DNA of 54,451 bases from an uncultured Oscillospiraceae bacterium. GTDB lineage: Bacteria > Bacillota > Clostridia > Christensenellales > Aristaeellaceae. The notes under the pieces were generated by a model, which saw only the letters and a program-made list of their open reading frames with translations, was not told the origin of the DNA and did no database searches. Shown piece after piece: positions 29,624-36,959 of the stretch (position 1 is the stretch's first letter; each line of letters starts with the position of its first letter). The translations under genes were made by a program, and so were the position numbers. The DNA is taken from the NCBI GenBank assembly GCA_964600995.1, contig CAZRLU010000001.1, forward strand, positions 6,745 to 61,195. Reading direction: 5' to 3'.

Positions 29624-30985
29624 ATGGAATTGACACCCAGACAGATTGTCCATGAGCTGGATCGGTTTATTGTCGGTCAGGAAGAAGCAAAAAAATCCGT
29701 GGCGATTGCGCTGCGCAACCGCTATCGCAGAAGCCGCGTGCCGGAGGAACTTCGGGATGAGATCAGTCCCAAGAACATCATGATGATCGGGCCCACGGGA
29801 GTGGGGAAGACCGAGATTGCCCGACGGCTTGCGAAGCTGGTCAATGCGCCTTTCGTCAAGGTGGAGGCTACCAAATTCACTGAAGTCGGATACGTCGGAA
29901 GGGATGTGGAAAGCATCATCCGGGATCTGACGGAAAATGCGATCCGGATGGTCCGCAAGGAATATGAGGAAAAAGTGCTTCCCCGGGCAAGAGTGCTCGC
30001 GGAGGATGAGTTGGCTGAACTGCTGATTCACCCGCCGAAAAAAAGCAGCGGAAACCCTCTGGATTATCTGCTTGGCCGGCAGAAGGACATGAAGCAGAGC
30101 GATGAGGAGAAAACCGCTCTTTCAAGGAAAAAAGAGGATGTTCTCGGCCAGCTGATGCGGGGTGAGATTGAGGAAAACGAGCTGGAAATTGAAGTGGAAG
30201 AGGAAATGCCTACGCTGGAAGTCGGCGGAAACAGCATTTCCCTCGGAGATATGATGGGGAACATGATGCCCCATAAAACCAGACTCCGGCACGTGAAGGT
30301 GAAGGAAGCCCGGAAAATCCTGATTGAGCAGGAAACGGCAAAGCTGATCGACAATGATGCGGTTCAGGAGGAAGCCATCCGGCGAACGGAACAGAACGGA
30401 ATCGTCTTTATTGATGAGATCGATAAAATCGCCTCCTCCAGCTCAGGCCATGGGCCCGACGTCAGCCGCGAGGGGGTACAGCGGGACATTCTTCCGATTG
30501 TGGAGGGGTGTACCGTCAACACAAAGTATGGAGCGGTAAAAACCGATTACATGCTTTTTATCGCCGCCGGCGCTTTTCATGTAAGCAAGGTTTCAGATCT
30601 GATTCCCGAGCTGCAGGGGCGTTTCCCCGTGAGGGTTCAGCTGCAGAGCCTGACAAAGAATGATTTTGAAAGAATCCTCACAGAACCGGAAAATGCCCTG
30701 ACGCGCCAGTACAAGGCGCTTCTCGAAGTGGATCGGGTTCTGCTGGACTTTGATGCCTCCGCCATTTCCGCGATTGCGGAAGCCGCCTGCAACGCCAATG
30801 AAAATCAGGAGGATATCGGAGCAAGACGTCTGCACGCCATCTTTGAGCAGCTGCTGGAGGACATCAGCTTCAACGCAGGGGATGAAAACATGCCTCCGTT
30901 CTCCCTGAAGATTGACGCAAAGTATGTGGAAGAACATCTGAAGGAAGAAAACAAACCCATTGACCTGAAAAAATTCATTATCTGA
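29624..30985 (+). CDS. hslU: ATP-dependent protease ATPase subunit HslU (ClpY)
   Basis: GPTGVGKTE, KFTEVGYVG, FIDEIDKI, ELQGRFP, IGARRL. Confidence 0.97.
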   Translation: MELTPRQIVHELDRFIVGQEEAKKSVAIALRNRYRRSRVPEELRDEISPKNIMMIGPTGVGKTEIARRLAKLVNAPFVKVEATKFTEVGYVGRDVESIIRDLTENAIRMVRKEYEEKVLPRARVLAEDELAELLIHPPKKSSGNPLDYLLGRQKDMKQSDEEKTALSRKKEDVLGQLMRGEIEENELEIEVEEEMPTLEVGGNSISLGDMMGNMMPHKTRLRHVKVKEARKILIEQETAKLIDNDAVQEEAIRRTEQNGIVFIDEIDKIASSSSGHGPDVSREGVQRDILPIVEGCTVNTKYGAVKTDYMLFIAAGAFHVSKVSDLIPELQGRFPVRVQLQSLTKNDFERILTEPENALTRQYKALLEVDRVLLDFDASAISAIAEAACNANENQEDIGARRLHAIFEQLLEDISFNAGDENMPPFSLKIDAKYVEEHLKEENKPIDLKKFII

Positions 30986-31052
30986 AGAGGAGAAAATGCG
31001 CGCTGTTTCATCAGCGGCTTTGATAAAATCTGTTTCAGGGAGGGATGTCTGC

Positions 31053-31862
31053 ATGATCAGGAAAATAGGAATGATCGGAGTCGGAAACATGGGATCTGCA
31101 ATCCTTCGGGGAATTGTGGAAGCCGGTTATGTGAAGGCAGATCAGCTGATTGTTTTCGATGTCAGCAAACGTAAGATGCGCGAGATCAGCGAAGATATTC
31201 AGGGGATTCAGACTGCAAGGGACTGCTCCGAAGTGGCTGAAGAAGCCGACCTGATCATCCTGGCAGTGAAGCCGCTGTACATGCAGGATGTGATTGATGA
31301 GATCAGTCAGGTGATCCGAAGGAAAGCAATCCTCAGTATTGCAGCAGGATGGACGGTTCGGATGCTTGAGCGTGCGCTCCGGGATACCGGGGCAACCTGG
31401 ATGCGTGTGATGCCCAATACGCCGGCCATGGTGGGGGAAGGCATGACCGCAATCTGCGAGGATACTTCCTTCTCCCAGGAAGATTTTGACTTTGCGAAAG
31501 GCATTTTTGATGCCATCGGAAAGACGCGGGTTCTTCCGGAACGTCTTTTTGACGGAGTAATCGCCATCAGCGGCAGCAGTCCGGCCTATGTATACATGAT
31601 GATCGAAGCGATGGCAGATGCCGGTGTCCGGGAAGGTCTTCCCAGAACCTATGCCTATGAGATGGCGGCGCAGAGCATTCTCGGCAGCGCCCTGATGGTG
31701 CTTTCCTCCGGAACCCACCCGGCGGCGTTGAAGGATGCGGTCTGCTCTCCGGCCGGAACGACGATTGAGGCAGTGGCTGCCCTGGAAAAGAACGGATTCC
31801 GAAATGCGATCATGGAAGCAATGAAGGTATGCGCGGAGAAAAGCAGGGAAATGTCCAGATAA
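31053..31862 (+). CDS. proC: Pyrroline-5-carboxylate reductase
   Basis: IGVGNMG, LAVKP, RVMPNTP, SGSSPAY, VCSPAGTT. Confidence 0.96.
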   Translation: MIRKIGMIGVGNMGSAILRGIVEAGYVKADQLIVFDVSKRKMREISEDIQGIQTARDCSEVAEEADLIILAVKPLYMQDVIDEISQVIRRKAILSIAAGWTVRMLERALRDTGATWMRVMPNTPAMVGEGMTAICEDTSFSQEDFDFAKGIFDAIGKTRVLPERLFDGVIAISGSSPAYVYMMIEAMADAGVREGLPRTYAYEMAAQSILGSALMVLSSGTHPAALKDAVCSPAGTTIEAVAALEKNGFRNAIMEAMKVCAEKSREMSR

Positions 31863-31889
31863 AGCGGACAGCAGAGGAAGGTACAACAC

Positions 31890-32369
31890 ATGGCTGAAAA
31901 CAGAAAGCTTGTGGAAATATTTACGGACGGCGCCTGCAGCGGAAATCCGGGGCCCGGAGGATGGGCCGCGATACTGCGGTTCGGCGTTCACGAAAAGGAA
32001 TTGTCCGGCTATATGGCAGGTACGACCAACAATCGCATGGAGCTTTTTGCCGCCATCAGCGGGCTGGGGGCTCTGAAAGAGCCCTGCAATGTTAAGCTCT
32101 ACTCCGACAGCGCCTATCTGGTGAATGCATTCAATGATCACTGGATCGATGGATGGAAAAAGAAAGGCTGGAAGAAAAGCGACGGGGAACCTGTCGAGAA
32201 TCAGGACCTTTGGTTTATTCTTTCTGCGCAGACGAAAAAGCATCAGGTGGAATTCATTAAGGTGAAAGGGCATTCAGATCATCCGGAGAATAATCGCTGT
32301 GACGAACTGGCCAGGGCCGCCATTGACGAATATCGGAGATTATACGAAGAAAAGAACGAAGAAAAATAA
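31890..32369 (+). CDS. rnhA: Ribonuclease HI
   Basis: TDGACSGNPGPGG, TNNRMEL, SDSAY, KVKGHS, NNRCDELA. Confidence 0.97.
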   Translation: MAENRKLVEIFTDGACSGNPGPGGWAAILRFGVHEKELSGYMAGTTNNRMELFAAISGLGALKEPCNVKLYSDSAYLVNAFNDHWIDGWKKKGWKKSDGEPVENQDLWFILSAQTKKHQVEFIKVKGHSDHPENNRCDELARAAIDEYRRLYEEKNEEK

Positions 32370-32465
32370 TAAGGCAGGAATCAGTTTTCAGACAGCGCAA
32401 CCTGCAGTCAGCAGACGAAACTCCGGGAAAACCCCGGAGAATCGACAGGTACGCTGAAAGCACAG

Positions 32466-32489
32466 GCCTCCCGGGAAGGGAGGTTTTTT
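32466..32489 (+). terminator. Intrinsic terminator after rnhA
   Basis: CCTCCC-GGGAA-GGGAGG followed by T6. Confidence 0.7.
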
Positions 32490-32494
32490 GCTAG

Positions 32495-32528
32495 AACTAT
32501 TCGCTAAACCACAGTTTTACGAATAGTT
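32495..32528. other. Putative difSL/difH-like chromosome dimer resolution site
   Basis: AACTATTCGCTAAA-CCACAG-TTTTACGAATAGTT: 14-bp inverted arms (12/14 match) around a 6-bp spacer. The reverse strand reads AAAACTGT..TTT, like difSL/difH cores as I recall them. It lies directly upstream of an XerS-like gene. Confidence 0.7.
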
Positions 32529-32555
32529 GACAACCTTTTCCGGGAATGATATGAT
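32527..32555 (+). promoter_or_regulatory. Sigma-A promoter of the recombinase gene
   Basis: TTGACA-17 nt-TATGAT with extended TG. The -35 overlaps the dif-like arm. Confidence 0.7.
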
Positions 32556-32602
32556 AATCACCGGATGATATCCTTTATCTAAACGCATCGAGGTGTTTTC
32601 CC

Positions 32603-33706
32603 TTGGCAGACAGAAAAAACAATTACCGGAATCAGGTGGAAGAAAAACGCATTCTGCAGATCCGTGATCTTACGAAAGAGCTTCCATCCGCCTGCGGAGA
32701 TTTTCTGCGGGAAATCGCTCTGAATACAAGTACGCTGACCAGACTTGCGTACGCGATTGATCTCAATACCTTCTTCCAGTTTCTTCACCGCGAAAGACTC
32801 AGTTTTGCGCAAAAGCCGGCTACCCTTCTGACCGATCAGGATCTGGCAGGTCTGACGGCCTCAGATCTGACAGCCTATACGGAATATCTTACGTATTATC
32901 TGAAACCCGATCAGAATGACCGGTCCCAGGAACGGGTTTTTGTCAACCATGAATTATCCATAAAAAGAAAACTCTGCTCGATTCGTTCCTTTTATGATTA
33001 TTTATTTAAACACAATAGAATTGGATCAAATATAACAGAACTGGTTCCTTTGCCGAAAATTCATGAGAAACCGATTCTGCGCCTTTCCCGAGCTGAGTTG
33101 GAAAAAATCCTGTTCACAGCCCAGGATGGCGGAGATCTGACCAAGACGCAAAAGAAATATCAGAAGCTGACAGCGAAACGGGATTTTGCCCTTCTCTCTC
33201 TTTTCCTTGGAACGGGTATCCGCGTCAGCGAATGCGTTGGGATCAACCTGAATGATCTGGACATGGAAAACAACGCAGTCCTGGTCACTCGTAAAGGAGG
33301 AAATCAGGTTGTACTGTATTTCCCGCCAGAGGTTGCCGACGCATTGGGTGAATATCTGGAGGAACGAAACAAAGCCCAGCCGCTGCCAGGTCACGAAGAC
33401 GCTTTGTTTTTAAGTCTTCAGAACAGAAGAATCACCCAGAGAGCAGTTCAGAATCTGGTCAAAAAATATGCCGCAGTGGCAGCTCCCCTGAAGCCCAGAA
33501 TCAGCCCGCACAAGCTCAGAAGCACTTTTGCAACCAATCTGTATCATGAAACCGGGGATATTTACCTTGTAGCGGATGTGCTCGGCCACAGCTCCGTGGA
33601 TACAACGAGAAGGCACTACGCAGATATGACGGACGCACGCCGGCGCATGGCTGCCGAGCATGTGCATCTTCCGGGAGATCCGGAATTCGGGAAGGAAAAA
33701 CCATAG
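32603..33706 (+). CDS. Tyrosine recombinase, XerS/XerH-like
   Basis: Catalytic set intact: R (GIRVSE), K (TRKGG), HxxR (PHKLR), LGH, Y (RHYA). 367 aa, longer than typical XerC/D. TTG start after GAGG. Confidence 0.9.
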   Translation: MADRKNNYRNQVEEKRILQIRDLTKELPSACGDFLREIALNTSTLTRLAYAIDLNTFFQFLHRERLSFAQKPATLLTDQDLAGLTASDLTAYTEYLTYYLKPDQNDRSQERVFVNHELSIKRKLCSIRSFYDYLFKHNRIGSNITELVPLPKIHEKPILRLSRAELEKILFTAQDGGDLTKTQKKYQKLTAKRDFALLSLFLGTGIRVSECVGINLNDLDMENNAVLVTRKGGNQVVLYFPPEVADALGEYLEERNKAQPLPGHEDALFLSLQNRRITQRAVQNLVKKYAAVAAPLKPRISPHKLRSTFATNLYHETGDIYLVADVLGHSSVDTTRRHYADMTDARRRMAAEHVHLPGDPEFGKEKP

Positions 33707-33716
33707 GCTCTGTGTT

Positions 33717-34892
33717 TTATACAGGAAACACCTGATATATTCCGCATTTCAGATACTGGGTTTCCGGCGCAGCCGGAAGGATCGGATGATCCTTTCCCTG
33801 CGTCCTGAATTCAGCCTGACGAAGAATCACGCGGGCATCCTGAGCGGCTTCCTGGATGATTGCCTGGAACATATCCGGGAGCATATGCTGGCTGCAGGAG
33901 CACGAGATCAGATATCCTCCCGGTTCAAGCATTTTCAGGGCCCGGAGGTTGATTTCCTTGTAACCGCGCCTGGCGCTGTCCACCGTGGAACGGGATTTGG
34001 TGAAGGCCGGAGGATCCAGGATGATGACATCATATTTCTCCCCGCTTCTGCTTTTATCTGCAAGGAAATCAAATGCGTTTTCTTCCAGAAAATGAACCCT
34101 GTCCTCAAGATGATTCAGACGGGCATTTTCCTCCGCTGTGCGGCAGGCAAATTCGCTGATATCAATACCGGTTACTTCGCTTGCGGCATAATGACCCGCG
34201 TGCAGCGCAAAAGATCCTGTATGAGTAAAGCAGTCCAGTACTTTTCGGTTCCGCACAAAAGGTGCAATTGCAGCTCTGTTTTCCTTCTGATCCAGGAAAT
34301 AACCAGTCTTCTGCCCTTCCTTTACGTCCACAAGAAATTGTATCCCGTTTTCCCACATAAAAACCTGATCCGGAACCTCTCCGTACAGCAGCCCGGTCTG
34401 CAGCGGAAGGCCTTCAAGCCTTCGGACCGGGACATCGTTGCGTTCCCAGATCCCCGCGGGATGCATTTCTTCCACGAGTGCGTCGATAATATCCTTTTTG
34501 AAGGGCTCCATGCCAAGAGCCAGACATTGCAGAACAAGGACATCCCCAAAGGAGTCCACAATCAGGGCCGGAAGACGGTCGCTCTCAGCAAATACCAGCC
34601 GGCAGGACCGGAGGTCCGCGAAAGTTCTGCGATATGCGACAGCTTCATGAATTCTTTGGAAAATCAATTCCCTTCCCACGTCTTCCTCGTGATAGGTCAT
34701 GATCCGCAATGCAATCTGGCTGTTCGGATTATAGAAACCCCGCGCGAGGAATTTGTTTTTGCTTGAATAAATGTCCAGGATGCTTCCCGGGGCGCATTCT
34801 CCTTCCAGACGGGCTATATCGCTGCGAAAAATCCAGGGATGGCGTGAATAAACTCTCTTTTCCTTTCCCGGAATCAGGAACGCTTTATTCAT
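33717..34892 (-). CDS. RlmI-family SAM-dependent rRNA (m5C) methyltransferase
   Basis: PUA-like HPWIF, GQKTGYFLDQ, LDCFTHTGSF, ILDPPAF, TQYLK. Confidence 0.9.
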   Translation of the reverse strand: MNKAFLIPGKEKRVYSRHPWIFRSDIARLEGECAPGSILDIYSSKNKFLARGFYNPNSQIALRIMTYHEEDVGRELIFQRIHEAVAYRRTFADLRSCRLVFAESDRLPALIVDSFGDVLVLQCLALGMEPFKKDIIDALVEEMHPAGIWERNDVPVRRLEGLPLQTGLLYGEVPDQVFMWENGIQFLVDVKEGQKTGYFLDQKENRAAIAPFVRNRKVLDCFTHTGSFALHAGHYAASEVTGIDISEFACRTAEENARLNHLEDRVHFLEENAFDFLADKSRSGEKYDVIILDPPAFTKSRSTVDSARRGYKEINLRALKMLEPGGYLISCSCSQHMLPDMFQAIIQEAAQDARVILRQAEFRTQGKDHPILPAAPETQYLKCGIYQVFPV

Positions 34893-34978
34893 TTAAGGTT
34901 TCCTTTCTGTCCTTTGGGTGCTATAATCCGGAAGAAGCCCCGAAAGCCGATGAATGAATCAAGGAGGAATTTGGAACC

Positions 34979-35161
34979 ATGCCGGAGATGTGTGTGCTGT
35001 ATGACCGCGAATGTATTCAGTGCGGCGAATGCGACCGGTGCGATCTGAATCCGGAAAAGATCTGTGACAACTGCATGGAATGCATCCGTAGCGATTCTGC
35101 CTACAAAGCGGTGCTCATTGATGAGATTGAAATGCCGGAAGAGGAATCAGCACAGGAGTGA
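34979..35161 (+). CDS. Small cysteine-rich protein (8 Cys, putative metal/Fe-S binding)
   Basis: RBS AAGGAGG and an upstream TGCTATAAT. Pattern CxxCxxCxxC-x7-CxxCxxC. Fills the gap between two minus-strand genes. Confidence 0.75.
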   Translation: MPEMCVLYDRECIQCGECDRCDLNPEKICDNCMECIRSDSAYKAVLIDEIEMPEEESAQE

Positions 35162-35166
35162 ACTGT

Positions 35167-36066
35167 TCAGGCCTTTGAATCGTACCCCAGTGTTTTCAGA
35201 TCCGACTGGCTGTTTCTCCAGCCTGGACGGATCTTGACCCAGAGCTTCAGATTGACATGGGTTCCCAGGAGACGCTCGATGTCCGCGCGTGCTTCCGTCC
35301 CGATTGTCCGAAGCATGCTTCCCTGCTTTCCGATAATAATCCGCTTATGGGATTCCTTTTCCGTGTAGATTGTTGCATGGATCTCCGTAAGCGCATGATC
35401 CGTTTCCTTGATCTGCAGAATTTCGACCCCGATTCCATGAGGAATCTCATCCCGAAGATGGCGCAGCGCCTTTTCCCGGATGATTTCGGCACAAAGCAGC
35501 CGTTCCGGCTGATCCGTCATCATATCATCCGTAAAATATCTGGGTCCCTCGGGCAGATGCGCAGCAATGCATTCGCTCAGTTCACGGAGGCCGGAGCCTG
35601 TTGCGGCGCTGATCGGAATAATGTCGTCAAACCCATAATCCGAAAAACGGGCAATTGTCTTCAGCACAGCTTCCTCGGCCACGAGATCGGTTTTGTTCAC
35701 TGCAAGAATTTTAGGAACCTTCTTTTCACATACTGAAGTTGCGATTTCAAGATCCTTCGGATGCTGGCAGGATGCATCCACCAGCATGAGAATACAGTCC
35801 ATTCCCTCCATGGCATCCCGAACGGAATGCATCATGTATTCACCCAACAGGGTTCTTGGATTATGAATACCAGGGGTATCCAGAAATACAAACTGCCATT
35901 GCTCCGTAGTGACTATGCCCATGATCCGGTTCCGGGTCGTCTGGGCTTTGTCGGATACAATGGCAACTTTTTCCCCGATCAGTGCATTCATGGCAGACGA
36001 TTTGCCTACATTCGGCCTTCCGATGATCGGGATAAAGCCGGAACGGAACTTTTTTTCTTCCATCAC
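35167..36066 (-). CDS. era: GTPase Era
   Basis: GRPNVGKS, QTTR, DTPG, NKTD, KH domain IIIGKQG. Start is either GTG 36066 or ATG 36063. Confidence 0.97.
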   Translation of the reverse strand: MMEEKKFRSGFIPIIGRPNVGKSSAMNALIGEKVAIVSDKAQTTRNRIMGIVTTEQWQFVFLDTPGIHNPRTLLGEYMMHSVRDAMEGMDCILMLVDASCQHPKDLEIATSVCEKKVPKILAVNKTDLVAEEAVLKTIARFSDYGFDDIIPISAATGSGLRELSECIAAHLPEGPRYFTDDMMTDQPERLLCAEIIREKALRHLRDEIPHGIGVEILQIKETDHALTEIHATIYTEKESHKRIIIGKQGSMLRTIGTEARADIERLLGTHVNLKLWVKIRPGWRNSQSDLKTLGYDSKA

Positions 36067-36959
36067 GATTTTCCTTTCAATTCAAACTGGTGCGGAAGCA
36101 GCTTCATCAGAGAGGACTCATCCCGCTGCGCCCCGTTGTCCCAGGTGATGATGATCCGGAGATCCGGAGCGAATTCGCTTAAAAACTGACGGCAGATGCC
36201 GCAGGGCCACCCGGGAATGTCCTTTGTGGCGATCGCCAGAACGTCGAATTCACGCGCGCCCTCGCTGACAGCTTTGCTCATGGCGACCCTTTCCGCACAG
36301 ATGGTGGCGCCGTAGGATGCGTTTTCAATATTGCATCCCAGAAAGATTCTTCCGTCCACACTGTGCAGGGCTGCGCCGACCGGGAAATGGGAATAGGGCG
36401 AGTAGCTTTTTTCCATGGCTTCCATCGCCAGCTGAAGCAGTTTCTCCTCCAAAGAAATCTCCTCCTTTTCTGGTGCAATACGAACGCGGGAAAGGATGGC
36501 TTCTTCCTTCGCCCGCATGATTCGCTTTTCATCTTCGTTCATATGGTCATAGCCCATCAGGTGGCAGAGCGAATGCACCAGAAGATAAGCTGCCTCCCTG
36601 CGCTCCCCATGGCCATACTCCATCGCCTGAGCCTTCAGATGATCCATGGAAATCACGACATCCCCCAGGAAACAGGCAGCCGTTTCATCATCGTACTCGC
36701 GTTTCAGCAAGCCGGGACGATCAGCCGCAGTCATTCCTGAAGGCCATTGCACGCTGGGGAAAGAAAGAACATCCGTCGACGAATCCATCCCCCTGAACCG
36801 GGCGTTCAGGCTTCTGATCTGCTCATCCCCGCAAATGCGTACATCCACACAGCAGGGAAATGGGATTTTCTCAACTTCGACAGCGGCATCCGCGGCCGCC
36901 TGCATAAGGGAAAGAATGGAAGAATCAACAGGAAAATCAAGGTTCCACTCTATTTTCAT
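36063..36959 (-). CDS. ybeY-cdd: Fused rRNA maturation endonuclease YbeY and cytidine deaminase
   Basis: N-half: LNARFRG, TDVLSFP, LGDVVIS, HSLCHLMGYDH. C-half: YSPYSHFPVGAA, GCNIENASYGATICAE, PCGICRQ. One continuous frame. Confidence 0.9.
   Translation of the reverse strand: MKIEWNLDFPVDSSILSLMQAAADAAVEVEKIPFPCCVDVRICGDEQIRSLNARFRGMDSSTDVLSFPSVQWPSGMTAADRPGLLKREYDDETAACFLGDVVISMDHLKAQAMEYGHGERREAAYLLVHSLCHLMGYDHMNEDEKRIMRAKEEAILSRVRIAPEKEEISLEEKLLQLAMEAMEKSYSPYSHFPVGAALHSVDGRIFLGCNIENASYGATICAERVAMSKAVSEGAREFDVLAIATKDIPGWPCGICRQFLSEFAPDLRIIITWDNGAQRDESSLMKLLPHQFELKGKS

Noticed and set aside
31035-32273. 412-aa minus-strand ORF
   Set aside because: Antisense to proC and rnhA.
32603-33706. 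Recombinase as a prophage, ICE or integron integrase
   Set aside because: Flanked by core genes, with no excisionase, phage or conjugation genes, tRNA target, att direct repeats or attC cassettes.
33660-34766. 368-aa plus-strand ORF after the recombinase, considered as possible cargo
   Set aside because: Antisense shadow of the RlmI-like methyltransferase.
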